This document shows, one piece after another, positions 10,218-18,640 of a stretch of DNA of 64,000 nucleotides (its first letter is position 1; each line of letters opens with the position of its first letter). The stretch covers positions 32,671 through 96,670 of the forward strand of contig CAMCVE010000007.1 in NCBI GenBank assembly GCA_945881775.1. The letters are read 5' to 3'. Below the pieces are notes generated by a model that was not told the origin of the DNA, ran no database searches, and worked only from the letters and a program-made list of their open reading frames with translations. The DNA comes from Bacteriovorax stolpii. GTDB lineage: Bacteria; Bdellovibrionota; UBA2428. Both the position numbers and the translations under genes were made by a program.

Positions 10218-10685
10218 TCAAAGCGCGATCTTGATGGGCTTTTCGCGGTCGGGCCGCTCGATGAGCAGCACCTTGGATGTCCAAGTCCACTGAGGCTGAG
10301 CTCCGACGTCTTCATCGGGCCTTGACGCATTTTTGTAAGCAAAAATTTCGTCGCCGAGAACTTTGCGTTCCGCGAGTCGTATGACAAGACCTCGCACTTC
10401 AAAGACGGGCTCTGATGTTCCGATCTCACCTGCGATGTACGTGAGAGTCCAAACTCCACGAGCGACGGGGGACTCCTGCCACGAGAGAATTTTAGGAGTG
10501 CCGCCGCCAGAGGGCTGCAGGAGCACACGAAGTCCTTTGATATCAGAACGAGACGCCCACACCTCAGATCCGAGGCGCTCGACCTGCCAAGCGGGTGATG
10601 CGGCCGGCACCGCATGAGCACACGAAACATTGATCAGGCTCAATGCAAAGCTCAGTTTCATGCACAGCCTCAAACTCATTTTCAT
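10218..10685 (-). CDS. Hypothetical secreted protein
   Basis: Signal peptide MKMSLRLCMKLSFALSLINVSCAHA. Start trimmed to avoid overlapping the upstream gene. Confidence 0.5.
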   Translation of the reverse strand: MKMSLRLCMKLSFALSLINVSCAHAVPAASPAWQVERLGSEVWASRSDIKGLRVLLQPSGGGTPKILSWQESPVARGVWTLTYIAGEIGTSEPVFEVRGLVIRLAERKVLGDEIFAYKNASRPDEDVGAQPQWTWTSKVLLIERPDREKPIKIAL

Positions 10686-10690
10686 TAGCA

Positions 10691-12088
10691 TCACCAGCCT
10701 CCTTGCCTCATGCGCACCGATTCCATGTCTTTGCGGTCCACATTTGTAAGATACACAGGCCAATGCCCGATGTCTTTAGCCGGAACCTTGCCCTCCGGAA
10801 CCGAGACTGAAAACGTTGGCACGCGAACACCCACCTCTTGCACACCAGACTTATTGTCAACGATGGCGTCTTCGATGGACCATGACACGATCCGCGTATC
10901 GGGAGTCTCCCCCGCTTTGTGCTGCTTCATCGTTTCTCGAATTTTCTTTACTTCGCCTAGGTTGAGCATATGGGTGGCCAGTTTGTCACCCGCCGCAAAG
11001 CCCTCAAACACGGCACGACCCGACGAAAAATCTCGATACGCGCGCACCGCTCTGTCATAGGCCACGCGTTCTGAGATCTGCATAGGCTCACTCTCGCCAA
11101 GAATCATGGAAAGCATATTTCCGAAGTTCTTTGAGCCCGCATTCCACGACGAAAACGCGCGGTCTTTTGTCACAACTCCCCAAACGCGCTCTAGCTTGGA
11201 CTTGTCCCAAAAATCTTTGTCCGTGAATTGCCTGTGCGACTTGCGCGGATCCGCACGATTGTCGATGATCTTCATCGAGAAGAGCATGTTGGCTCGGCCC
11301 ACGAGATCCTCGCGACAGCGCGCAACGAGATCCTTCGGACTCGAATCGTGCAATGTATTGCAACGCGCATCCGAGACACTCGAGCGTTCTTCAGCCCAAG
11401 CCGTCGCCACGAGTGCAAACGCGGCACGCTCGTCGGGACTGAGCACCTTCTCTGCCGCTGAAACAAGCTTCAGACGGTCTGCAGCACTCGGCACGTACCC
11501 TTTACCGAGGCGACCCAAGAACGCGGGACCGAGTTCGGCACGAAGTTTCGCTTGAATAGATTTGAGCTTCGCTTCGGCGCTCGATGCCGACGTGCTCGGT
11601 GCAAGTTTTGAAACAGCTGGCGCCGCCGCGGAAACTTTATCGACGGGAGCCTTCGTGGGCGCGCCATGGCCCGTCGAAGTCGAACTATTCTTCACAGCGC
11701 GCACATCACTCAGCACAGGCTCGAGATGAGCCTGCCCACCGGCTAGCTTTTCAGCAAACGCCTCGGCCTCGGCCTGCGTGGCAAAACTCGCGACGTCTTT
11801 GGGGTCGAGATAACCGCCCATCGACTCACCCTGCCCGTTGTCGATCAGCACATCCCAGTACCCGGCATTAGGGCCGCTCTTAACCAGCTCAAAACCTCGG
11901 AGCACCCGCCCGTAAGGCGGCTGAAAGCTCTTTTTATCCTGAGGGGTCCATTTGCGCCCGACTTCAGGCAAGTTGTAGCGAGCCACTTCTGAGCGCACGA
12001 CAAGAAAACGCATCTCATCGGCACGCGCCAGCCCGAGGCTCGCAAGCCCGCAAACAAGCCACAGAAATGAGCGCAACGCCAAACGCAT
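10691..12088 (-). CDS. Hypothetical secreted protein (465 aa)
   Basis: Signal peptide MRLALRSFLWLVCGLASLGLARA. Contains an Ala/Ser/Lys-rich linker and no recognisable catalytic motif. Confidence 0.6.
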   Translation of the reverse strand: MRLALRSFLWLVCGLASLGLARADEMRFLVVRSEVARYNLPEVGRKWTPQDKKSFQPPYGRVLRGFELVKSGPNAGYWDVLIDNGQGESMGGYLDPKDVASFATQAEAEAFAEKLAGGQAHLEPVLSDVRAVKNSSTSTGHGAPTKAPVDKVSAAAPAVSKLAPSTSASSAEAKLKSIQAKLRAELGPAFLGRLGKGYVPSAADRLKLVSAAEKVLSPDERAAFALVATAWAEERSSVSDARCNTLHDSSPKDLVARCREDLVGRANMLFSMKIIDNRADPRKSHRQFTDKDFWDKSKLERVWGVVTKDRAFSSWNAGSKNFGNMLSMILGESEPMQISERVAYDRAVRAYRDFSSGRAVFEGFAAGDKLATHMLNLGEVKKIRETMKQHKAGETPDTRIVSWSIEDAIVDNKSGVQEVGVRVPTFSVSVPEGKVPAKDIGHWPVYLTNVDRKDMESVRMRQGGW

Positions 12089-12146
12089 AAAGCCTTCCGA
12101 GTTTACCCGGAAGGCTCCCTAAAGACCCGTTAAGAACGGATAAAGA

Positions 12147-13187
12147 TTAGTAGAAGAGGTTCAGACTGAGGTTCGTTGCCCAAGTGCCTGCCGTGAGTGA
12201 TTTTCCAACGCCCAGATTGATCTGGCCAATCGCAAACTCAAGTCCGAGGCCGCCAAAAGCGCGCAGGTTCCAAGGAGTCGGCGAGGTGTCGCCACCGAGA
12301 TCAAGTGCACCCGTTGCGGTACCGCCAGGAACACTGATTGTGGTGCTGTAGTCTGCAATCGCTTTAGAAGAGCCGAAGTTGAAATCTCCGCCCATACCGC
12401 CGAAGAAATTCAGGATATAGAGCAAGCGCACCGAAGTGCTCACTTCGACGGGAACCGAGAAGACGTTCACGTCGGCACCGATCGTAGCGGGTGCTGCGGC
12501 AACAGTAGCCGTAACTCCGTTAACGGTTGTCGGAATTGCAGATAATGTCTGCGTGTAAGAAAACTTGTTCTTCGCGATCCGGAAACCAGACGACACATCG
12601 ACGCCGTTCCACTTCAGCACACTGAGGCCAAGGCTGCGCTCTTCAATGAGGCGATACTGCCCAACAAGTCCCATGCTCGTGAATGAGATATCGGCTCCGT
12701 CTTGGGTTTGATCAAGCGCCAAAAAGCTCAGGTACATGCGCAAACGAGCCGGATCAATAGGTCCCCATTGGCCCGAGGTCACAGCACCCGGCGTGAAGCC
12801 CAAGACCACCGCACTTTGTATCGCAAAACCGGCTACCTTCTTGGCGTCGATTTCAGTCAATTTGTTGCCTTCGCCAAGGTCAACGCCAACAGCCACACTG
12901 CCACCCACAAGACCATACTTAAAGGAAGCTCCGTAGGTCGAAGCGGTGCCGGTGCTCGCCATGGCAGCCGCATTGGCCATACCCTTGGTGTACTGCCCTG
13001 TTTCTACCGTGGGGAAGTTTGCGTTGACCGTCGTCTGAAGCTCCGAGATGAGTTGATCCCACTGGGACTCAGTAAGTGCTCCAGGCTGGGTGCCTTTGGT
13101 GATCTTAAAAAGTTGCGCTTCGGCACCGGCGCTTGCAAACAGAGCCAGAGCCATTCCGAGAAATTTGATTTTGGAAGTGTTCTTCAT
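12147..13187 (-). CDS. Outer-membrane beta-barrel protein (porin-like)
   Basis: Signal peptide MKNTSKIKFLGMALALFASAGAEA. Shows alternating amphipathic beta-strand character and a C-terminal aromatic (…NLSLNLFY) typical of beta-barrel OMPs. Start trimmed to ATG 13187. Confidence 0.65.
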   Translation of the reverse strand: MKNTSKIKFLGMALALFASAGAEAQLFKITKGTQPGALTESQWDQLISELQTTVNANFPTVETGQYTKGMANAAAMASTGTASTYGASFKYGLVGGSVAVGVDLGEGNKLTEIDAKKVAGFAIQSAVVLGFTPGAVTSGQWGPIDPARLRMYLSFLALDQTQDGADISFTSMGLVGQYRLIEERSLGLSVLKWNGVDVSSGFRIAKNKFSYTQTLSAIPTTVNGVTATVAAAPATIGADVNVFSVPVEVSTSVRLLYILNFFGGMGGDFNFGSSKAIADYSTTISVPGGTATGALDLGGDTSPTPWNLRAFGGLGLEFAIGQINLGVGKSLTAGTWATNLSLNLFY

Positions 13188-13298
13188 GCGCCCTAGATTA
13201 AACGATGAAGGCTCGAGCGCCAGCCCCACCCACAATTTTCTCAGCGCCTTCACAGACATTTTTTTGTCCGTTAGCCTACGGTCTCGAAGGAGTCCTGC

Positions 13299-13616
13299 AT
13301 GTCGTTTAAAAACACATTTAAATCCCTTCTCTTCTCCGTACTCACCGTTGGTGGCGCCTCCCACACGCCAAACGCCCAGGCCCAGTCTCAGGCCCAAGAC
13401 AAGCAAATCCAAGATCTCTCCGAAGCCTCCAAGACCGGAACTGAAACGGCCCCCGAGAACAAAGATGTCGGTCGCCCCATGCGCCGCCGCGGCAAGCTCC
13501 GCACGCGCATGCGCCTGCAATGTCTCAAAGGCGACCCCCAACTCAAAGGCGAGGCCCTCGAAGCCTGCATCAAGACCAAACGCCAGACCGTCATCGACGA
13601 ACTCAAGACCAACTAA
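13299..13616 (+). CDS. Small secreted basic protein (105 aa)
   Basis: AGGAG RBS 7 nt upstream. Signal peptide MSFKNTFKSLLFSVLTVGGASHT. Confidence 0.5.
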   Translation: MSFKNTFKSLLFSVLTVGGASHTPNAQAQSQAQDKQIQDLSEASKTGTETAPENKDVGRPMRRRGKLRTRMRLQCLKGDPQLKGEALEACIKTKRQTVIDELKTN

Positions 13617-13659
13617 GCACCACCCCGCCCCGCGTCCCACGACACCCACGCTCGGCTCA

Positions 13660-13689
13660 CACACTCTGCCCGTTCATCAAATTTTGATT
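13660..13689. repeat. Left arm of a 30-bp inverted repeat (cacactctgcccgttcatcaaattttgatt)
   Basis: Its reverse complement occurs at 14210-14239. The core 20 nt (13660-13679 vs 14220-14239) match perfectly; overall 28/30. Confidence 0.85.
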
Positions 13690-13701
13690 CATTTTGAAAA
13701 C

Positions 13702-13729
13702 GCGGCGCAGCCCTTGCAGGGCGCGCCGC
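13702..13729 (+). promoter_or_regulatory. GC-rich hairpin (gcggcgc-a-gccc-ttgca-gggc-gcgccgc) immediately upstream of the XRE start codon
   Basis: An 11-bp stem with no downstream T-tract, so not a canonical terminator. Lies between the left IR and the ATG at 13730. Confidence 0.4.
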
Positions 13730-14293
13730 ATGACTCAACGCGACCGATACAGTCCCCAACTCAGCAAGGCCCATATTCGTCGAGTCCTCGCGCACTTCAA
13801 CGAACAATGGCACAGCGAGCCTTCCTTCATTTTCATACGAACTCACCGCAAAGACTTCCGCTTGATCTTCGTTGATGAGCTCGTGCCAGAGGAGGCGCTG
13901 CAACTGTGCACCTCGGCGATTCCCAGTCGCTTCAAGGAATCACGTCATTTCGGCTTCTACTTGCGCGCTCGTCGTAAGGGAGCGGGGCTCACCCTTAAAG
14001 ATCTGCAACGCGTGTGCGGCATCCCGTATCAGAATCTCTCTGCCATTGAAAACGGTCGTCGCAATGTAGGACCAAGAACGCGTCGTCGACTTGAAGCTTT
14101 TCTGGGTCTGGCAAGCGACATCAAGTCCGCATCGGAGCTTCGGACTCATGGCGGTCCTGGCTGCCGGAACCCACCCTTCCCCGGGCGGCACCGCCAGCCC
14201 GCAAGAATTAATCAAAAAGTGATGAACGGGCAGAGTGTGGATGAGCCTGGGGTCAAGAATGAGCCTATGGCCAAGGACGAGACTGCGGAATGA
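13730..14293 (+). CDS. HTH XRE-family transcriptional regulator with a low-complexity C-terminal tail (possibly frameshifted)
   Basis: The central segment FGFYLRARRKGAGLTLKDLQRVCGIPYQNLSAIENGRRNVGPRTRRRLEAFLG is a classic HTH_3/XRE motif. The start could be 13694 or 13730. The reading frame changes inside the 18-nt repeats at 14273-14347. Confidence 0.6.
   Translation: MTQRDRYSPQLSKAHIRRVLAHFNEQWHSEPSFIFIRTHRKDFRLIFVDELVPEEALQLCTSAIPSRFKESRHFGFYLRARRKGAGLTLKDLQRVCGIPYQNLSAIENGRRNVGPRTRRRLEAFLGLASDIKSASELRTHGGPGCRNPPFPGRHRQPARINQKVMNGQSVDEPGVKNEPMAKDETAE
14210..14239. repeat. Right arm of the 30-bp inverted repeat (aatcaaaaagtgatgaacgggcagagtgtg)
   Basis: Reverse complement of 13660-13689. 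Lies inside the 3' part of the XRE ORF. Confidence 0.85.
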
Positions 14294-14347
14294 ATACGAG
14301 ACTGCGGAAAAAGGCGAGTCTGCGGTCAAGGACGAGACTGTCGTAAA
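14273..14347 (+). repeat. Four tandem copies of an 18-nt unit (consensus ~gACGAGACTGCGGAAaa; encodes KDETAE / YETAEK / GESAVK / DETVVK)
   Basis: Copies 2-4 sit in an exact 18-nt register. Copy 1 is offset by 1 nt (19-nt spacing), so the repeat is read in two different frames. Confidence 0.75.
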
Positions 14348-14396
14348 GGATGGGGCATGGAAGAGCTTAGATTCTAGCTCACTGCGAGCGCAGCCC

Positions 14397-15020
14397 CTAG
14401 AAGCCCAGCTTGGAGCTCAGGGATTTGACGTACTCGGAGATAAAGATGCGCCAGCCAGAGAGGCCCTTCCACCACGAATCTGTGTCGAAGTTCGGAGAAC
14501 TCACGGGGTAGGTGTAAACCACAACGTCCACACGTGGACGCTTTGAGAACTCTTCTTGAATAAGTTCCAGCGAGCGTTGCATGTGGTAGTTCGACGTCAC
14601 CACCAGAAGTGAACGCGCGTCTAAGCGACGCACGGCTTCGCGGATTTCTTTGGCGTTGTCGAAAGTGCGCTGTGAGGCCGCATCGAGAATCACGTCTTCT
14701 TTGAGATGGTCGGGGAAATTCATGACGCCGTTGGCTTCAAGGATATCCTCCAGGGGAGCGTTCGTGCCAGAGATAAGAAGCGCGCGACCCTGTCCGTTCT
14801 CGAGTAAGCGGAAGGCTTCTTTGAGTCGGCCCTGGCCTCCCGTGAGAACGGCGATCAAATCAACCGATGGGAGCGCCTCGAGATCCATTTTTGCTTTTTG
14901 CTCGAGCGCACCCGAAAAACGCCCCATGTCCCAAATGAGCAGCACGGCCGCAAGACCGATAACTCCCAGGATCCACGAGCGATCCTTGCGGATCTCAAAT
15001 GTTTTGTCAGATTTTGGCAA
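14397..15020 (-). CDS. DUF218 (YdcF/SanA/ElyC-like) domain protein
   Basis: N-terminal TM anchor plus the LLVVTSNYHMQRS motif characteristic of DUF218. Confidence 0.65.
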   Translation of the reverse strand: MPKSDKTFEIRKDRSWILGVIGLAAVLLIWDMGRFSGALEQKAKMDLEALPSVDLIAVLTGGQGRLKEAFRLLENGQGRALLISGTNAPLEDILEANGVMNFPDHLKEDVILDAASQRTFDNAKEIREAVRRLDARSLLVVTSNYHMQRSLELIQEEFSKRPRVDVVVYTYPVSSPNFDTDSWWKGLSGWRIFISEYVKSLSSKLGF

Positions 15021-15399
15021 TAGCCTCGATCTCCACTAGAGATCCGCGCGGAAGAGCTGATACTTGAACGGTCGAACGCGACGGGAAAGCCGCTCCGCCG
15101 CCGAACTCTTTAAAGAAACTTTCGTACTCGGCGTTGATCGTTGCGAATTGGCCCAGATCCATCACAAAGACGGTGGTCTTCAGCACGTTAGAGAGCTTCG
15201 AGCCACCCGCTTCGAGAACGGCTTTGAGATTTTCGAGAACCTGACGAGTCTGCGCTTTGACGTCGCCCGCCACCATCTCGCCGGTTGCAGGATTGAGAGC
15301 AATTTGTCCCGAAGTAAAAAGCCAGTCGCCCATACGAATTGCTTGGGAATAAGGTCCGATCGCAGAGGGGGCCTTTGCCGTGGTGATACTTTCTTTCAT
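15007..15399 (-). CDS. ridA: RidA family reactive-intermediate deaminase (YjgF/L-PSP)
   Basis: 130 aa with an APSAIGPYSQA...GDWLFTSGQIA...AEYESFF...RSTVQVSALP pattern. Confidence 0.8.
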   Translation of the reverse strand: MKESITTAKAPSAIGPYSQAIRMGDWLFTSGQIALNPATGEMVAGDVKAQTRQVLENLKAVLEAGGSKLSNVLKTTVFVMDLGQFATINAEYESFFKEFGGGAAFPSRSTVQVSALPRGSLVEIEAIAKI

Positions 15400-15683
15400 T
15401 TCTCAGATTCTCCTTTTTCTTTTTTCTTAGGTGTGAAGTTGATCGTCGCTTTGATGTCGATGGAATAGGCCTCAACAAAACTGTCGAGGAGTTCCTTGAT
15501 CATCGTCTTTGAAAGCGCGATCGGCATCTGAACGGTATTGAGCGTCTTCGAGACTTTGTCTTCGGCGCTCACATAGGCACCGGCACCCGCCTGCACGGCA
15601 CGCTTGAGCAAGTCGCCGGCGATCGCACCTGCTAGTGATTGCAGATTTGGGTTCTTCTTGGAGGGGTCTTCGGCTTCAGACAT
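15396..15683 (-). CDS. Hypothetical small protein (95 aa)
   Basis: Fits the operon with 4-nt overlaps on both sides. Lys/Glu-rich tail; no family recognised. Confidence 0.4.
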   Translation of the reverse strand: MSEAEDPSKKNPNLQSLAGAIAGDLLKRAVQAGAGAYVSAEDKVSKTLNTVQMPIALSKTMIKELLDSFVEAYSIDIKATINFTPKKKEKGESEK

Positions 15684-15689
15684 CGTGCC

Positions 15690-16142
15690 TCAAAGAGACC
15701 GAGCTCGGTCAGAAAATTCTTGGATTGTTTTGGGTAAGGCGCTGGCCACGAGTTTCTTGAGGACAAAACCCGGAACAGGGATCTCGAATTCGAGTTCAAG
15801 CTTGTAGAGAACTTGGGTCTTGTCGGGGCCAAGGGCCTTCAATTCCCAAAGACCGTTGCTGATCTTAAAGAATTTGGAGGAGTCGAGCGTCCAGCTGACA
15901 CGGGCGCTGCGTCCTTCGGGATCGATCTCTTCCTTGATCTTCAGAACGTACTCGACCCGTTTCATCATCTCGACATCGAACTGCACGCGAGACGAGCTTC
16001 CCTCACGCGAAAGGAGCTTCACGTTGCTGGCACCGGTCACAAATTTTGGATAATTGTCGTAGTCGCAGATCGCCTGATAGAGCTTCTTTAGCGGGACGTC
16101 GACGATGTCTGTTCTTTCTGCAGCTGCCATTTGTCTCTCCAT
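15690..16142 (-). CDS. SRPBCC (polyketide cyclase/START-like) domain protein
   Basis: About 150 aa with composition and length typical of the Polyketide_cyc2 fold. Assigned by overall pattern only. Confidence 0.45.
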   Translation of the reverse strand: MERQMAAAERTDIVDVPLKKLYQAICDYDNYPKFVTGASNVKLLSREGSSSRVQFDVEMMKRVEYVLKIKEEIDPEGRSARVSWTLDSSKFFKISNGLWELKALGPDKTQVLYKLELEFEIPVPGFVLKKLVASALPKTIQEFSDRARSL

Positions 16143-16507
16143 TCCTCAGGTATCCGAACCGGCTTCATATTGCGAAGCAGAACATGGTCGGTCGTGGCTC
16201 GGGTCGCAAGGACCCCAGAAGGGGCGTGGAAGATTTCGTAGGCGATCTTCATGCGCGCCCGCCCGAGCTCTTCAACGTGGACCCTAACCAGACCGCGGTC
16301 ATCAAAGCGCAAAGGCTTCAGATACTCAAGCGCCAAGCCCGTAAGTGGCAAGGTGTAACCCTGGCGTTCGAGCTCGGAATACTGGAGACCGATGGTTTCT
16401 AGCCACCTGACCCGAGCTCGCTCCAGATAACGACAATAACGGGAGTGATGGACGATTCCCATGGCGTCGGTGTCCAGATAGTCGACCTGAAACTCGATCT
16501 CAAACAC
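16088..16507 (-). CDS. Acyl-CoA thioesterase, YbgC/4HBT hotdog family
   Basis: VFEIEFQVDYLDTDAMGIVHHSRYCRYLERARVRWLE matches the YbgC N-terminal signature. The GTG start at 16507 is 4 nt after the upstream stop; the track's longer N-terminus overlaps the upstream gene. Confidence 0.65.
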   Translation of the reverse strand: MFEIEFQVDYLDTDAMGIVHHSRYCRYLERARVRWLETIGLQYSELERQGYTLPLTGLALEYLKPLRFDDRGLVRVHVEELGRARMKIAYEIFHAPSGVLATRATTDHVLLRNMKPVRIPEEWRDKWQLQKEQTSSTSR

Positions 16508-17153
16508 GCCGGGCCCCTTTGACGCGGTAGTGGAGATAGATTTCCTGGCCGATCTTACGCTGCTTTTTGAGTTCCAAGCGGGACCAGAGTGTCGAGTCAC
16601 CCATTACAAGTGAAGGGTTAGCCCTGCCTCCCAAAATCCACGGTGTGAGCGTGACATAGAGCTCTTGGAGAAAGCCTGCAGCCAGAACCTCCGCCATGAT
16701 CTCACCACCGCCTTCGACAAGCACATTCTTAAAAGCGAGTGCCTTCAATTTTTCGAAGACCAGCTTCATTTCGACCTTATCACCCTGGCCGGCGGCAAAA
16801 ACAAGCGCACGATCCGCAGAGCGCTCCACAGCTTTAGCTAGAGAACGTTCCGTTGTGAAGACGAGGCGAACGACCGAAGGATCTTTCCAGAAATCCCAGT
16901 CCGGATCGAAATCCGCATTGGCACTGATGATGACATTGGCTGGCTGTTTGCGAGTGGCCGCAAGTTTAGAGCTAATTTTCATCGTTCGGGGGTGAGCTCG
17001 CAATGTTCCAGCCCCCACGAGTATGACGTCGCTCATTTTACGAATCACCTGCATCGTGCGCCGATCGAGCGGAGTCCCGAGTGGCTTTGACGGGCTCGTA
17101 CGGTCCGCGATGCGGCCATCAAGAGAAATCGCGAGATTCGAGAAGACTCGCAC
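16500..17153 (-). CDS. RibD C-terminal domain / dihydrofolate-reductase-like reductase
   Basis: MRVFSNLAISLDGRIA...VILVGAGTL...VEGGGEI pattern of the RibD_C/DHFR-like family. Confidence 0.65.
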   Translation of the reverse strand: MRVFSNLAISLDGRIADRTSPSKPLGTPLDRRTMQVIRKMSDVILVGAGTLRAHPRTMKISSKLAATRKQPANVIISANADFDPDWDFWKDPSVVRLVFTTERSLAKAVERSADRALVFAAGQGDKVEMKLVFEKLKALAFKNVLVEGGGEIMAEVLAAGFLQELYVTLTPWILGGRANPSLVMGDSTLWSRLELKKQRKIGQEIYLHYRVKGARRV

Positions 17154-18625
17154 TAGCGCGCTCCGAGCGGTTTCACATTTTTCTGAAGCTGAAGCGTCGT
17201 CGCCCTACGCGAGTCCACTCCGAAACGGAAACCACGGCCCGCGATACTGCGCCCAAGCCAGCGCTCAGAGCGAGAAACGAGATATTCATCAACGACAACC
17301 TTAAGTGACTTCTTAGGTGCGACGACACGGCACTGAGGGGTCCCCGCGCCCTCGAGGCGGAATCCTGAGAAGGAAAGTTCCGATCCCCAATCCTGATCAC
17401 CCTCGCGCTTGCGAAGTGCCGAAGCACACAATGCCGATTCAAGATCCTTAACAGGCCAATCAAGGCCCACAAGTTCGTTATTGTATGGGAGAGCTAGCAA
17501 AAATGTTTCGCGAGTGACGGGTCCTGCGGGGATGGCGTTCTTCACGTAACCAATATTGACGATCGCAGCCTCTGCCTTCATGCGGCTGCGGTAACTGTCG
17601 GCCACCCACTGCGCGAGAGTCTCGCGCGTGAGCTCGGTATCGGCCGAAAACACAACTTGATCGGCGTCGGGAGCATAGCGAGCGTAAAGGGCATCAATAC
17701 GTTTCTTCACACCGACGTCTTCTCCGAGTCCCGCAATCTCGACAAACTCGGACTGCACCTTGAGACGCTTAGGATTCTGACTATCTCGCGTGAGCAAGAG
17801 TTTCAGACCGTAGTGACCAAAAGCTCCTGGCTCGAGAATCGGCGCACAGTGACTCGAATCTTGCTGCATCGGACGATGATCATTGGCCTTAAGCAGAGCA
17901 AGAATCTGCACTTGAGGAGAAAGAGAAAGACAGGCGTCCTTCATGAATCCGAGATCCCTCTCGATTTCCTGATGAGTGAGCCAAAGGACCGGTGCGCTCC
18001 ACTCGCGCTTCCAGGCCATCCAGTCACTTGCCGCAGGGAAAGCGCGCACATTGTAGTCTTTGACATCAAAAGGCGAAGTCCAACTCGCAAGCCAAAATTC
18101 AAGACCCGACTTTGCGCCACGGTATTTTAGAGGCTTGGTACTCCAGGGAGCAGAACCTTTTTTGGGGGATACGTTCATCCCAATATAGGAGGCGCCCGCA
18201 GCCTGGATTTGTCTCGTGAGATCGGGAAGCGAGCTGTAGAGCTCATAATTGCCGAGGGTGGCATAAGTCATTCCAAAATCTTTGAGGAAAGGGGCACACT
18301 CTTTGTCTTGGGTCTCTTGGCAAGGAATCGAACCCTTGCCGACGAGATCTCCCCCACCAATCACAATCACATCCGTATTGTCGCCGGCGCTGGCGCGCTC
18401 CTGATCAATCCACTTTTTGACCTGCGCATAGCCGCCACGGCCTCCGGCATTCATGCGAAGCTGACTGTGCAGATCACTCACGAAAAGGACGAGCACTGCG
18501 GCCCGATCCCCGCTTGCCGAAACATGGGTCGTCCCGGACGAACTTTGCCACGGGCTGTGCGCACAGGAGACCATCAGACCTAGACCCAGAAACTTTGAGA
18601 GGCTCACCCAATGGGAACTTTTCAT
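17153..18625 (-). CDS. Secreted metallophosphoesterase / 5'-nucleotidase family protein
   Basis: Signal peptide, then calcineurin-like motifs (VLFVSDLHSQL, GGGDLVGKG, GNYE) and a 5'-nucleotidase C-terminal-like region. Confidence 0.7.
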   Translation of the reverse strand: MKSSHWVSLSKFLGLGLMVSCAHSPWQSSSGTTHVSASGDRAAVLVLFVSDLHSQLRMNAGGRGGYAQVKKWIDQERASAGDNTDVIVIGGGDLVGKGSIPCQETQDKECAPFLKDFGMTYATLGNYELYSSLPDLTRQIQAAGASYIGMNVSPKKGSAPWSTKPLKYRGAKSGLEFWLASWTSPFDVKDYNVRAFPAASDWMAWKREWSAPVLWLTHQEIERDLGFMKDACLSLSPQVQILALLKANDHRPMQQDSSHCAPILEPGAFGHYGLKLLLTRDSQNPKRLKVQSEFVEIAGLGEDVGVKKRIDALYARYAPDADQVVFSADTELTRETLAQWVADSYRSRMKAEAAIVNIGYVKNAIPAGPVTRETFLLALPYNNELVGLDWPVKDLESALCASALRKREGDQDWGSELSFSGFRLEGAGTPQCRVVAPKKSLKVVVDEYLVSRSERWLGRSIAGRGFRFGVDSRRATTLQLQKNVKPLGAR

Positions 18626-18640
18626 GTTAAATACCATAAC

